Source of the DNA: Epiperipatus broadwayi
Taxonomy: Eukaryota; Animalia; Onychophora
Reading direction: 5' to 3'
Assembly (NCBI GenBank): GCA_028023455.1
Contig: JAQFVV010000005.1
Span: forward strand, 15,066,001-15,130,000
Length of the DNA stretch: 64,000 nucleotides
The translations under genes were made by a program, and so were the position numbers. Numbering within the stretch: the stretch's first letter is position 1; every line of letters starts with the position of its first letter. Shown here one piece after another: positions 11,709-26,229 of this stretch. Under the pieces are notes generated by a model. The model made no database searches. It was not told the origin of the DNA and saw nothing but the letters and a program-made list of their open reading frames with translations.

Positions 11709-13699
11709 AATAAAATGCTTATTCTACTATAAAAAAATAATAATATATTGTTGTTAAAATTTTGTTAAAATATTTAGTATGATTTGATTTTGAGATAAGC
11801 CGGCCAACATTTTCTAAAAGAATGTATAGTTTTAATTAGTGAGCCATTCAAGTGTAATTAAAGATGGCCTTCTCTTTCTTTCTTTTTAAATTAAGAGAAT
11901 TCAAACTTTGAAGTAAGAAAGTTAGAGTAAAAAAGTTAAAGTTATTTTTAGAAAGTGTTGCTTTGAAACAAAGGAGCATGGGGAGGCTTATCAAGATCTC
12001 AGATCATACAAACAATAGAAGGTAGCTGACAGAGAGGGTATAAATAGAAGGGAGAACAAAAGATTGATTATTCAGATTTTTCCTGTTGAAGGATTCAGTT
12101 GATTCTGATTTTCCTTGTGAAGGTGATTCTTTCAGAGTTTGCTATTGCAAGATTGATTCAGATTTTGCTATTGCAAGGTGCATTCAGATTTCTCTTAGGA
12201 GAACTCTGTCAGATTTTGTTCGTGATTTTATTCCCAAAAGTCTACAACTGTTGTCTACAAATCATGAAGAAGTTTGAACCTGCTCAAGCTAAAAATCATA
12301 TAAGTTTGATAGATTCTACTATGCTCGGCTAGGCAAATAAATAGCTTTGCCTATCGCCGAGGTTCCGGAATACCATTCAAAATGCCTTAATATCCACTCA
12401 ATAGTCATCTGAACTCTGTGCCGTGTCTGGAGAACTGTTCGTGAAACCATACTACATATTTTCATTGTCCGGACAACTACATCTCGACGGTCGGATCAAG
12501 CCACGAACGCCGTAGGGAACATGACCAAGGAAAAAGGACGGTAATCGTATCTCCTCTATTGAACTGTGTCTTATGCTACCTTTTGTTCATATTTTTTTAT
12601 TGCTTCATTGAATTATATGTATTTGTTGATGTAATCATTTTTACTAGACTAGCCTTAATTATATATATTCTGTGATCATCTATCTATATTTAACCTTTTC
12701 CCTTCGCTATTCTTCCTTACTAACCAGTGTAAATATTTAGTATTCCATTGCGGTTGAGTTAATAGTTAATTTTTGTTCATTTGAAATCTCTTTCCAGTTT
12801 TATTCATGTTTATTAATTAAATACGACTCAGTTTCTTTTATATGCCAACTTGATCTCTTTGATAACGCCTCTTTTGTCCGCCATTAGCTTTATGTATATC
12901 TGATTTAACTATATACGTTTTAAATAATTTTTAAACACTGTTTGTAGCGCAAAGCAATTAGAAATGCTTGCGAAAGATTCTTTTTTATCGAGGAGATCGA
13001 GTTGACAATTTTTAATAAAATTGGGAAAAGATTTAGACCGCAAACCTATTGATCTGTTTTGATTGTCTAATTAGTTTGTTTCAGTCATTTAGGGGAATAG
13101 CGGAGGCCATTAAATCATTCGTCATATTATTAAAGTCATTAATTAAAGATCTATTATTTAACTAACAAGCTTGACTTTTGCTAAATTTGTTATAAATGCT
13201 TTATTTTACTTTTCAATGATCCAGGCACGCATAACGCAAAACACATATTCTTAGTACTTTTGCACATTTAACTATTTTAGCTCCTTAGGATTTCCCGTCC
13301 ATGTCTCTTCCGCTGTTGCTAAGCTTTGTGGCCGGTTGAAAAATAATTTATGTGTGGCTCAGATAGTGTTGTTCGGTTCATAATAGCTTCGAGACGAGAC
13401 GAATAGGGCAGAGGTCATAGTATTCTTGATTTAATATCTCGCGTATGGTTGGCCTTGAGGTACTTTCGCCTAGTATTCGAACTGGGTTAAATCAACATAC
13501 ATCATCTGACTGTCACACTATAAGTTTGTTTTTTCTTCTATTTTCCATCACTTTTCATAAGGCTAAATAAAGGTTTCTGTATATTTCCTGCATGTTTAAA
13601 TACAAACTCAATCCTATTCTTTATTTTGTAAATAATTTATTTTCACCTAATCATTTAAACAGATTTACATTTATTACCCTACTGCTCCAATTTATGTTC

Positions 13700-14960
13700 T
13701 CCAAACTCATATCTTCCAAGCCTCAATTTTTTCCTTTTTCTTCTATTAATTGTACCCTTCTTTACTTCATAGACAGCTACATTTCAAATTAAATGCTTGA
13801 CAAATCTCTTTCTCATATTCAACTTCAACAAATACTGCTTAATGATAGCATTTTTCATTTTCATTTCTTTGTTGTTGTTTTTTTCCATTATCACTTAATT
13901 TATCAAATATTTAAAAGCAGTAAACCTGCTTTATAATAACTTACTTTCCAAATACCCTTCTTAATTTTTTACTTTCTTCATTTGTCTTTATTGTTTTAAT
14001 TTAATTGCATTAATGTTTATCCAAATTTTTCTACAAACTTTATCCTATATATTTTATTAAAAATTCATCACTTTCATCTATCTGCAAGCAATGCTATATT
14101 ATTAGAAAATATATGATAAAATTATCTTTCTCCACTTTCCCTTATACTAATTCTTTCCCTTGTGTACACAACATTCACTTAACAATTCATATAAATAAAT
14201 ATTAAACAAAACAAGATATACAATAACTTTGTCTTACATTCTTATCTTTTTTACAGGATGAATATTTAATTTTACAATTACCTTATACAGTACACAGATT
14301 TAACAATAATTGTTTCTTTCTGCTAATCTATATTTTTCATTTTCAACATATATCAAAGTAGTTCAATTTTATCAAATGTTTATCAAAAACAAACGTTAAC
14401 TTCTTATTTTTTCTAATAATTCTCAACAATAGTCATCATTTGGATGTACCCATAATTTCTCTACGGTTTTTAATACAAGTTGATCTTCAAATAAAAACTC
14501 ATTTAATTTAACCAAGACAATTATGAGAGATTCAACTTATTATCCTACAATTTTTCAATGCATTAATCTTTTTCTACATTGAAATCATAACTATTAAATT
14601 AAAACCTACTGATCACTTTCTTCAAATAGACTTCAAATATTCAATTGGAATTTTATCAATTCCCTATGTCTTATTATTTATTAAGTCAACTAATTTTATA
14701 ATCTTTTCCTCCATTATTATTTATAACTGATTCATCCTTGTCCATTTGATTATCATTTTTTCAATTCCAAAATATCTATTCATAGCCTTCTGAAACATAC
14801 AGACTTAACAATTTTGTAATATTGTAACTATCACTACTAATATTTTTCCTTTCATTTCTAAACTGTTTTATTCCTCTATATATTAATTCAATCTCAACTT
14901 TTCTTTTTAATTCTTATACTTCCTTTTTTTTCTAACTCACTCTTTTCTAGTTCTATATAT
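13700..14960 (-). mobile_element. Heavily decayed RTE-like LINE reverse-transcriptase region
   Basis: A-rich minus strand with RT-like remnants (GID.IP.EYLK, VRQ..ILSCF.FNIY, F.NNIALLA) broken by stops and frameshifts. Confidence 0.55.
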
Positions 14961-15949
14961 ACATCATATTTTAATTCATCATTAATCTTTCCATATAGAT
15001 GCTTTTTTTTCCAAATTTGTATTTTTTTCTTCTTTTTATTTTTATTTTAGATGGTTGGAAGATTGCATGATCACCTAAATGGTTAGTTGAGTACAACATT
15101 CAATACACCAAACCAAGACTTTTTTTTTTAACATTCTATTGATAATTAACCTAGGAACTTATCCCATTAAAGTAAGTCACTTTACTATTGTGCCAAGCAG
15201 CACAAGGTAAAAGAATAAAGAATATAAAAAAGAAATAAAAAAAAAAGATACTTTTTGGAACTTTATACTCAAGTTATAAAAAAAACAACTTACTCTTGGG
15301 ATCTTGCCTTAATAAACATGAATTATAAAACAAAATAAATGCATAGAATATATATTATGAGAAGAATGTAAAAAAGAAATATTCTTTGACAATTATTACT
15401 TAAGCAAAAGTTCCAAGTTAGCCAGGAACCATCAGATAATCATGTTTAGAATGACTTTTATTGTTGATCTATTGATGAAATTATTGTTATGGTCGATAAT
15501 AAAAAATAAAAAAATTACATACAGCAATTGAAAGAAATTACTTTGAAGGAAATAGTAATTAATATTGGTGTACATATATCACTTATCGAATTAGAAGTGA
15601 AGTCAAAGAACATTTTGCCTAGTCTTCATTTCATAATATAAAATATAAAATGTTTTCCAATACAGATAAAATATTATTAATTCAAATATTTATTTTCCAA
15701 AAACTTTGATTATCCAAACAAAATTAAAAATAAAATAAAAATAAATAAATATCTACAAATTAATATGCCTAATTGCAGTAAGCTGCTTATACTTTATTTT
15801 AGCATAAAGTGATTTATAACAAGGAATCAGAAATCTTATTTTGATATTGAAAAATTTATAAAATAAAAGAAATATTGGAACCAAGAATTTCAGGTTAATG
15901 ATATTTAATCTGTATTTGTATCTGAAATATTTACTTATCTATATATATA

Positions 15950-16270
15950 TATTAAAAACCAGTCAACACTCAGACAATCCCATTATCCATAACAATCAAT
16001 TATCTTAACCTGTTGTCAAACCAACCTCCTTTTAACAATAAAGGTGGAATCCCACCTTTATTTATGGTCCAGTATATTTCTATATACACTAAAGATTGCA
16101 ACTTGACCACAGAAATTGAAATTATTGATACAAAAAAGTTTAATAAACCTCCTTAAACAGATAAATATAACTTGTTCTGAATGCTGACTAATAAATAGTC
16201 AATTATAACATTATAAATTGCAATTAGCATTTTCTAATTGCACCAAAAGTACTACTTAAATAATAAGTCT
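15950..16270 (-). repeat. Second copy of the hairpin-bearing dispersed repeat (homologue of 2400-2720)
   Basis: Reverse-complement identity blocks as listed for 2400-2720. Confidence 0.75.
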
Positions 16271-16389
16271 AATAAAGCTCAGTATATATATACATGTTAT
16301 GTAATTTAGGTAAGCATGCAAATAATATTTAAAAAAGTTTTCATGGTGCATATAAAGATAAATAAAATTATTTACAAATTAATTATTAC

Positions 16390-16668
16390 CTGGGTTTTTT
16401 GCTTCTCCCTAGAAATGCGTTCAGCACGAATAGCTGCAACTTGCACAGGTGTGGACGGCTGATCATAATTGATGCCACTCTCAGCTAACACAGCTGCATG
16501 TTTAGGATTTTTTAGTGTTGGGTTTACGAGCAATGGCTTCAGGGTTGGCGTGCGTTTACTTGCCACTGTTTTGATTAATTCAAATTTAGAATTTGACATC
16601 ACTGTGAATGAACTATTATTGTCTTGAATAATTAATTGACTTGTACGCATTGGACGATTATTCTTTGT
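16390..16668 (-). CDS. dom: domino/EP400 exon TKNNRPMRTSQ...NPKHAAVLAESGINYDQP...RAERISREKQKTQ
   Basis: Acceptor ttttaaag| and donor |gtaata; 279 nt, phase 0-0. KNNRP.RTSQ, KNPKHA.VLAESGINYD and RAERI..EK are p400 motifs. Confidence 0.96.
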
Positions 16669-17039
16669 CTTTAAAAAAAAAAAAAAATTAAAATTTGATA
16701 TAAATTTTTTTATATTTTCTTGATTTTACAATATAAAATTGTATACCTTATATAAATGTACACACACAAATATATTATGGAAATAAACAAGTAAAGACTG
16801 TTTCATATAATCGTAATCAAATAACTTAAGAAAAAATATATAAGAGAGGGGGAATAAATATACAAAAAATTCCCATTGCATAATTCACAGATTATGATTA
16901 AATATTTGTAGAGCTTCATAAAAATATCTCCCACAGCTTCAAAGTTCACCATTTTACAATATGTAAGCTCATACAAAAAAAAAAATGCAATAAAGTAGCC
17001 TTTAATGTGCACTATTATCACATTATTTATTTATATATA

Positions 17040-18430
17040 GGTATACAGTGCATTTCCAATTATAGTATGTCATCAACACTTTCTAAACATAAAATACTTA
17101 CAGTTTAAATATAAATGTAAAATTAGGGTTTAGCAAAATAAAAAAGAAATTGCAAATGAAAGTTATTGCCCATAATTTGTTAAGCCATTGGATAGAGAAT
17201 CTTTATTAAGAATGTATGCTTGACAAAAAAAAAAAAAGTTAAGAATAACAATATATTTTCAAAGCATGGGCTTACTACTTTTAGACCTGATAATCTGGTA
17301 AAGATTCAAAAAAAAAAAAACTAATGTAGTAATAGAAATAATGATAATGCATTTAAGGTAACTATAACTTTTGAAAGCTGATGGTATTTATCTTTTAAAT
17401 TAATTTAATTTAAAATTAATGAGATGGGATCGTACTGGAAATGAATAACTCAGTAATTGCATGTCCTCAAAAAAAAAGCTCCTGATTTTAAAACTTTGTT
17501 TAATGGTAATCACAAGATGATAATTACTTTTTATAGCAAGGAATTGAAAAATATTATCAAATCTTTATTGCCAGTTATTTAGAAATCTAATACAAAATAT
17601 CTTTAAATAAGAGAAAAAAAATTTTAATCAGTAATTGGTTAATTATTTTATTCAATAAAAACATTGTTTAAAAAAAAAATGTAGACTTTAAAGTAGATTA
17701 GACAAAGACAAATATACATTCACAATTAATGAAAAAAACATAAACAAGGTTAAAACACGCTGCTATTATACTTACAGTCTAAAGAGAAAAAAAGAACTTA
17801 AAATTGAAAAGATGAAATTAAGACAGAGAATGAAACAAAAATTATAATACAAGGACAGCAGCTAACTTGAGTAATGATGATAATAAGAACTCTTGCCTCA
17901 TTGGATTATTCATTAAAAATAAAAGATCCAGAAATCAAATGATTCAATACAGATTAACTCTGGTCAAAGTTGCATTGAAAACCTTGGAAAAATTAGTGAC
18001 AATACTTTACTGATATGATAGACATTGAAAAAAACTTGATACTTTTAAATTGTTATAATAGCAAAAACTTTAAAAAAAAACTGTATATAGTAAAGAACAA
18101 ATAAAAAACAAAATGGATATCAATCATATTAGTTCTAAATTTAAAGCACAAGAAAACACAATTGGAATAATCATGTTCTGATATAATCTCATTTGCAAAG
18201 GCTGATGATAAAAAAGATAGGAAAAAACTTTCAAGTTAGAATTTCCATTATCATAATAATGAAGAGTCAACAATCTGGAAACAAGATCAGATGACTTATC
18301 ATATTAGAGAAATATTCATGTAATATTATCCTTACAACAATTTGGTTTCTATGAATTCATTATCATGCCTTTCCCCCCCTCCTGAAACAATTAATTATAA
18401 TCAACTAGATTTACTGAAGTTATTTTAAAC
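17040..18430 (+). mobile_element. Tigger/pogo-like transposase relic
   Basis: Starts TA|CAGTG. Remnants resemble F.AS.GW..RFKK (~17260-17310) and DETGLYWK (atgagatgggatcgtactggaaa, ~17420). Confidence 0.55.
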
Positions 18431-18637
18431 TTTGATTTGTTTTGTATCCTGAACTATATATTTTTTATTAATTATCTTTACTCAATATAAAAAATATTTA
18501 ATAAAATGATCACTGTTATATATTAATAGTGGCAAATCTTGAATCAGGTGGTAGCTTAATCCTTAAAATTAAAATCCCTGATTCAATCTTAATTTTAAAA
18601 GTTCAGAAGTATTTCAAATGGATATAAGACCAACATA

Positions 18638-19968
18638 CACCTGGGTCTCGTTTTATGCGGTAGATAGTTTCCTCAGAAAACGCGCACAAAAATAGACTTA
18701 ACTTACCTTGAAAAATGGGGAATATGTACTGCAATTTTCAAAAATCGCATAAAAGCAAAGCTACAACATAAAATTACTTTAAAATTTGCATAAAAAAAAT
18801 AAGGAAATAAAATATGACTAATAAAAAATTTCAAATTTGGAAAAAATTGATACAAGACAAACTTTTTTTACAAACTACAGTATTTAATTTTATTCAAAAC
18901 AATATATTTTTATGTGTAATTTGTAGTATTTTACATTTTTTCATACATGTACAGTATTTTAATCATTATCGCTATTTGACGATATGTAGGTTCATTTGTG
19001 AACTGGTAAGACATCAGATTTGTCACAAGAGGAAATACAACTAGTGCCAACTTTATTTTTTTTTTATTACTATTATAGTGGTTTCGCCCAAACTAAAATG
19101 TTTTCCAATCGCTGTTGATCCTTCCCATTTCGCTAAGCGATCTAAAATTGAAATTTCTGTTTCCAAAGAAATTCATTTTCTTGGGTGTTTTTTCCTCTCC
19201 ATTAGGGTAAACTAAAAGTTTAAAATAAAAATAAGAACTTAGACTTATGATAATAAAAAGACACCTACTCACTACTGTTGGACAAAATTTAATTAAAATT
19301 AACAATTAAAAATTAAATTCTTATTTTTGACTTTAATTTTTTAATTTTCAATTCCGTTTAAAAATCAAATTTCATTGTTTCACATCACATTAATTTCAGA
19401 TCACATTACATAATTTTTAAATTGTTAATTACAATTAGAAATCAGATATTAATTTTTAATTGCCAAATTTAATTGTGCCCACCGCTGTTACTCACCTTTT
19501 GAAAATAAACTTGCGAACAGTAAATGATTAATTGATTACTTACTCTTTTTTTAAAAAGCAAAAATAGAATGTAATTTAAAATGCAAAAACAACAACATGC
19601 ATAGTATAGGCATCTATAACTTTTGAATAGCTTTACACTATAATCTTGTAAAATTTAATGTGTGTATATAAAATGGGAAAATCCTGATTTTAAGTGAATT
19701 ATGAACCTCTTTAATGCATATAAAGCGCTGAAAATATTGAAATTATTAGATGGAAATCGAATTCTGATAATGTGCTATTTCTTTAAATATGACGTGGGAA
19801 TGCGCGAAATTTATAATATTTAAAGTAATAGCGCATTATCGGAGCTAGACTTCTGATCTAATAATTTTTAGCGCATAAAAGAATGCATACAAAGATATTA
19901 AAAAGAAACATGAATCGCATAACTTCAAAATCGCATTTAAAAAATCCGCATAAAACAAGACTTGGGTG
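18638..19968. mobile_element. TA-flanked non-autonomous Tc1/mariner-pogo-type DNA transposon
   Basis: 23-bp TIRs CACCTGGGTCTCGTTTTATGCGG / CCGCATAAAACAAGACTTGGGTG (19/23); TA on both sides; repeated subterminal (t)cgcataa motifs. Confidence 0.8.
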
Positions 19969-22569
19969 TATTTGAAAAATTTAAGTTCCGAAAAATTTCT
20001 TTGGTGAAAATAGAAAAAGTAATGTGTTACGATTGTTAATTAAAATTATTTTGGTGCTAATTCCAATCTATAAATTTTGAAGTAGATTTTTGAGAGAAAT
20101 ATCTATAATGCCCAAGAAATTGTAAATTGATTGCAAACAGCAAAATATATTTCATCAAAAGACAAGACTCAAGGCATTATAAAAACTTTGACGGGTGTAT
20201 TTTATCAGGATTTTTATATCTTCAGACATAGTAAATTCAATTTATTTACTGTTTTAGAAAATTTAATGGTCTTTCCAGCTGCTAAATGGTCATTAATTCA
20301 ATCTTATTATTTTTGTAGTGCTTTTATTGTTTGATTCAAACTGGTAAACTACATTTAAACTTTATTTCCAAAAAATTAATTATTTTTTAAAGACTTAAAT
20401 AGTTTTGTTATTAATTTCACTGTAATTAATTAATGATAGCTATGTTTATTAAATGAAGATATTTTTAAGTAAGATCATTAATTATTTTATCAAACTAAGC
20501 AATCATTTTCAACAGTATTTGTCTGCTTTAAAAAGCCATATTGTTTTCTCTAAGTAATTCACTGTTTTAAAATAACTCCCAATCAATGGAACATTTGTTT
20601 GTTCCATAAGTCTCACTTTTTAAGAAAGAACTGATATTTTATTTAATACAAATTCTTTATTTACTTTCTTACAATTTTACCACTACAAATAATGCTTAAA
20701 TATATGTTTGTGAATACTTTCCTCACAAGAATAAAAAAGATCCTGTTATTAGAGATTAAAATTCAAAATATATATATAAAACAGAACAAAATAGTCTTAT
20801 TCTAAAGCTGAAAGATGTATTATTGTTAACAAAATATAAATTAATTTTGTATTTGGGTTATAAAATATAAAAAAAAAATTGCAAAAATAAAGAAATTAAT
20901 AACTTTATCTTATTTAAAATATTTCTGTTTAATTACAGTTAGATTCTGTGTCATTTCCTTTTTACTGTTTTTTTTCATATAACAATATTTGGTATAAAGA
21001 AAAACTTAAGTTTTCATGGACTAAAAGAATTAAAAATCAATTTAATAAGCATAAAAAAAAATTTTTTAATAACAATTTCTTACAAACTGATACCCACATA
21101 AATCCTAGTACTGATTATAATAGCTGTTTCTTTAAAATTAATAATTAATGCAATGAGAACATAACCGTGTATATAAATTCATATGATATACATGCATAGC
21201 TATAGTGCTCCATAAATCTAATATTTAAAAAAATTAAAAAAGAAAAAACAAAAGTTTTTAGTTACAAAAATTGCTTAATACATTCATTTTAGTTCTCACT
21301 ACACAATTAGACATCTTAGCTAATCAACAAACATAGTAAATAATATCGGAACTAATGGAAATACACTTAATAATTCAATTGCAAATATTAAGCTTTCTTT
21401 ATTTTTTTCAGCATATACTTATATATTCACAAATATTATCAAGGGTAAGATCATCTTTCCTTAGCTTTTAGAAGTTGAAATTTATATAGATGCTATGTAC
21501 AAGCTGTAAGAATGTGTTGGATGCCTATTACTGACATAACTGTTATCACATAGCTCTAAAATTGAGATTTTTATAATAAAATGGATTAAGAGGATGCCAA
21601 AAATAGCAAACTATCACTTATAAAGAGCAAGTGTCATTGCATGATTATAATCCTCTATTGCTTGGTTACTTTACTTGTCCCTGGGCAGTGATTTAATGTG
21701 TTTCTGAAGACAAATAAAGAAGAATGTTTTAGAAATTTGCTACAGGTAGCAATAAAAATTATTAGATCATCATTTTATTTTTCCAAAGGTTCATCACATT
21801 ATGAATTCAGTTACTGAATATAATTAATTAAATTTTGTAGCGGTTTTATTTTCAATTTTGATTTCCTATGAATACAATTGTGTTTACCATGTGACTATAT
21901 ACAAACACAAACTCTTATATTTATTAATTCAACAAATATAAAATGCATATTTACACTATGCATAATGTTACATCTTCTGATACTGCTGGCTCGATGAAAT
22001 GTTAGCTGCCATGCAACTACAGAAGCAAGGAACTTTAGGTGCCCTTATATGTTTACCTATTACTTCCAGCTGTACCATGACAGATTACTTCATGAGCCAA
22101 TATGGTTACACTTTCAGTTGTTTTGTGATAGCTTGCTTCCTGTCTGATTTATATCTAAAAGCTTCTATAAACTTGCTTCATTGCCATTTAGCTTTGACAA
22201 TTGTCTGACTTTACTTCCAAATGGATTGACTATTTATGGCCAAATTCCCATCCATAATGAAACAATCGGATTCACTAATCATCATCACTTGTTGACCCGT
22301 TTCTACTATAGGATATATATTATCTAGTTGTATATCTATTGATCCATGGCGATGAATGCTCAATCCAATCAAGAAGAGATGAAATCTGGACTAGTCCATT
22401 ATTAGAAGGTAATATGAGATATAACATTTCTTACTCTTAGCTAAAATTAGTCCAGAAAATGTACTCAGAACAATCACAATTTGTAACAAATATACAACAG
22501 TTCTATGATGCTGAATTTATAGAATACCCTTTATACATATATACACTCTCTAGCAAAACTTTGACTTAC

Positions 22570-22797
22570 TCGATAGATTCCTTTGGATTTCTTTTGTTTT
22601 TTAGGATTGGTGTCATATAAAATCTTGCCTTCTTCCCTAGCAACTATAACACTTTCATATCTATTCTTGCATTGCTTTGGAGACCGGAAAATTCGACTAT
22701 TCGCATTCACAATATCTGCTACAAGATCCCAATTTGGAATATGACCTGGTGAAAGAATGGTCAAATTGAGAGGTAAATCCTGAAGGCTCTGAATTGC
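22570..22797 (-). CDS. dom: domino/EP400 SANT/Myb-like domain exon AIQSLQDLPLNLTILSPGHIPNWDLVADIVNANSRIFRSPKQCKNRYESVIVAREEGK...SKGIYR
   Basis: Acceptor ttcttttag| and donor |gtaagt; 228 nt, phase 0-0. Closely resembles EP400 LPLNLTIVSPAHTPNWDLV...QCRNRYE...REEGK as recalled. Confidence 0.96.
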
Positions 22798-23626
22798 CTA
22801 AAAGAAATACATAAATAAAAGCCTGTATAGAAAAACAAAACAAAATTTTTACTTGCACACATATACTATACAAAAACAATCTGTCTAAACAACTGCTAAT
22901 TATGTATATAAAACAAGCATTCTTTCTTATTTAAAATTAGCACAAACATTATAAGATATTTAATTTTTAAATAGACTTTCAAAATAGGTGAAAGTTACAA
23001 ACTGAAATACTATAATTTCCACATATTAATATAAATTAATTGTACATTAATTAAAAAAGAAAAAGTGATAATTAAAATCTGGTAAAATTGATGACATACA
23101 TGGTCATGGATGAATATTGAATAATACTGAAATGTAATAACTCATGTTCACAATGAACACTTAGAAAATATAATTTTTAAAGCTGCACACATATTCTAAA
23201 TGTTTAGCATTAATATATGTTTCTATATTTTAATGTGATTCAATATTCATCCTTAACCATATCAACAGATTTTGCCAAATTCTAATTATCATTTTCTGGA
23301 AGGATTCAAATCCCACATATAAAGATGAATATATCATTTCACAGAAAATTTTGTTTCTTGAACTATTATAACTATTAATAAAATACTCAAATTTATTTTC
23401 TAGTTCTTTTTTCAAAAAAATAATTCAAATGTTTCTAAAAACTATAAAATTAAATCAAGTTTATTAGAATAAATCTGCAATAAATTATAAATTACAGTTT
23501 AAACTATAATGTGAAGTTAAAATAAAACATTTCTATAACCACAGGATTTCTATTAGATAGATTTCATTAAATATTAAAAATGATATTAATTATTAATAAA
23601 TTTATAAATAAAAAAGAAAAATATAC

Positions 23627-23853
23627 CTGGAGCAGAGCCCAATCCTCATAAATAAGCCATTCTGGACTGTCCTGTTGAGTGTCAATTACAGGTTTATTAA
23701 TAATTGGAGGTGGTTTTAACAAAGGCTTTGTCAATCCTCGCATTTTCTGCAACTTAGCATCACGACGCATTTTTAAAATGGCAGCAGTTGGACGATCAAA
23801 CAATGAGCGAGGAACATGAGGATGGTCATTTTTTGGCAACTTTTGTTTAAGAC
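23627..23853 (-). CDS. dom: domino/EP400 exon (G)LKQKLPKNDHPHVPRSLFDRP...DSPEWLIYEDWALLQ
   Basis: Acceptor tttgtag| and donor |gtatat; 227 nt, phase 1-0, matching the upstream exon. PRSLFDR and EWLI.EDWALLQ (start of SANT domain) are p400 motifs. Confidence 0.95.
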
Positions 23854-25971
23854 CTACAAAAATAAATAATGCATAGAATTTACATGTTTTTTCCTTTGCA
23901 TAAACATACACATACAAGCTTACATAATTATAGATAATATAATGTTTATTAAATGAAAAGGAAATATTCCAAGGTTTCTTTTACTATACACAAATAATAG
24001 TTAAATTAGTTAAAATTAAGAATTAATATTAATTATTATTGCTATACAAAGTAACATACAAATTTTAAACAAACGCAAACAAAATAATTTCTATTTATTT
24101 GCTAGCATTTTTTAACAATACTTATTGTGAAATAACTTGTAAAATGTGAAAAAAATTAAAAGTAAATACTACTTAATCTTCATTAAATTGTCAAATAACA
24201 ACCATTAATTTCTAAATGATCAAATTAGAGAAAAAAAAATTCCGATGAGCAGAATCCCAAATGATAAATATTTAAAGGTAAAAATATACACAAATATCCT
24301 ACATACACAAAATTTCATTTGTTTTTTAAATATTATTATAACAAGTATTTGGTATCACTAAAATCTTTTTTGTTTACTTAAAAACTAAAAAATAACTGCT
24401 TTTTAAATTTTTCTGCCTTGAGACCCTGATTACGACATTAAGTTTAATTTGCATTTTGAAGTATGATTATAAAGAATATTATTTTAAAACTTTTTATCAA
24501 ACAACATAAAAATAAATTAAATAGATTTATGATGGAAAAAAATATACTTACAGCTGATTAAAATAAAATTTGTCGAAAGACAATACTTAATAAAGTCTAA
24601 AAAATAAATTTATTTAAATGAAAAATTATACTAAACTTCATTATAAATTTCAATAATTAGTATTTTTAAAAAAAAAAAAAAGATTGCTTTTCAATAGAAA
24701 TAGGTATAAATTAATGATTTGAAGAATGGCAAAAAAAAAAAATGTATTTTTAGTTTAAAATAAAATCAAAAATTATATTGAAAAAAAAAACAAAAAACAA
24801 CTAACATATTATTATTATTGTCGTGTTTTCATTAACAGTTTCATTCATCATTTTAACGATGTAAAATTTTCTCATTTAATTTATCAGTAGAAAGGCTGAT
24901 GTATAGATGAATCAATCAGGCTAAATCAAGCTGTATATATTTGCATTTGAATACAATGTTTAATTATAGTTGAAATATACTAATGTACATATATTAAATG
25001 CTAAAAAGATCTGATATTTATAAGTACAGTATAATTAATTAATCAATTTTATAAAAGTTTGTACAACTTATATTTTTCGGTTCCCTAGCTAATTTGGCAC
25101 CTTTGGCAAAATTTCATAGGAATTGTGGTAGTTTATCAAAAAATCAGCATTCTTCTTTTTATACTTATTATTTTCACTAATCATTTTTTCATACAAATGC
25201 AATATATTGTTTAATCTGTCTTCTATATACATAACAATAACTATTCTTTTACATCTAAGATATCAATTTTATTTATTTATAAAACTTAAAAATCAATATA
25301 GCAAATTTATATTAAAAATATAAGCATTAAAAATCCATATTTTTATAATTACAAAAAAAATTTCTAATAATTTGAATATATTTGAAATTGTCAATTATTT
25401 TAATTTGTTAAAAGAATATTATAAATAAAAGTAATTTTAAAAATAATAATTTAAAAAAGCACCATTATTCTAATCTAACAAATTATATTATTATTTTATT
25501 GTCACAAACTATATTACTATGGGCATAGATCTTTTTAAAATAGAATTTTCTTCAATAAAATATTATCTGAAAATAAATGTTTTAACTATAACTGGTTTGA
25601 AATTCATTTGATATGTATCTTTTATTAGTTTACAGAAATATATTTGCATATAAGTTTAAAAAAATATATAAATGGTTTCAATCGTGAATAAAAAATATCA
25701 AATATATAAAAGTAGGCAATACAATGTTGTGATCCCAACTAAATCTTACTAAACAATATTCCTATTGAGATTCGGTCTCCCTTATTCATAAATTCAATAT
25801 GTTTTTGAAATAGATGAATTATGAATAGATGTTTTCTCCAGATTTTCATAACAATTATATATTTATTTATTTCATCTTTGTTATAATCTTTAAGCTAACT
25901 TTTTTTAAGATTATTCTTGCTCTAATAATAATGTGCTTATAATTTTATTTTACTGTTTGTATTTATCTTAC

Positions 25972-26134
25972 CAGAAGCTATTGCAGGATCAAGTTTGAGT
26001 CTTTTCCGTTCTTTTTTTACATAAATAGGAGGCAGTTGAGACTCCGTCATAATAGTGGGCTCATATAGAAAGCAAACACTGTAATCTATATAAACATCAT
26101 TGTCATCTTGTGGTGGTGTTGGTGGACTCCACAT
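25972..26134 (-). CDS. dom: domino/EP400 exon MWSPPTPPQDDNDVYIDYSVCFLYEPTIMTESQLPPIYVKKERKRLKLDPAIAS(G)
   Basis: Acceptor ccacag| and donor |gtaaga; 163 nt, phase 0-1. The PPTPPQD..DVYID...LYE...LPP.YV motif is recognisable from p400/Domino. Confidence 0.95.
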
Positions 26135-26229
26135 CTGTGGTGAAAAAAAAAAAACAAATAGGCTGTACATATCTAGCAATTCATACAATTTTTAGATTTG
26201 TATTCAATTATTTACTTAGCTAGGTTTTG

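Noticed and set aside
12324-12361. Hairpin considered as SECIS, Helitron terminator or ribozyme
   Set aside because: No AUGA/GA quartet, no downstream CTRR end and no ribozyme core; kept only as part of the unclassified insertion.
22330-22410. Plus-strand GC-richer segment ending in a GT donor-like site
   Set aside because: No acceptor or partner exon, and no recognisable peptide.
22697-22879. ORF-track frame overlapping the SANT exon, with an upstream AG at 22823-22824
   Set aside because: Shifted frame; only the acceptor before 22797 restores the conserved WALLQ-AIQ junction.
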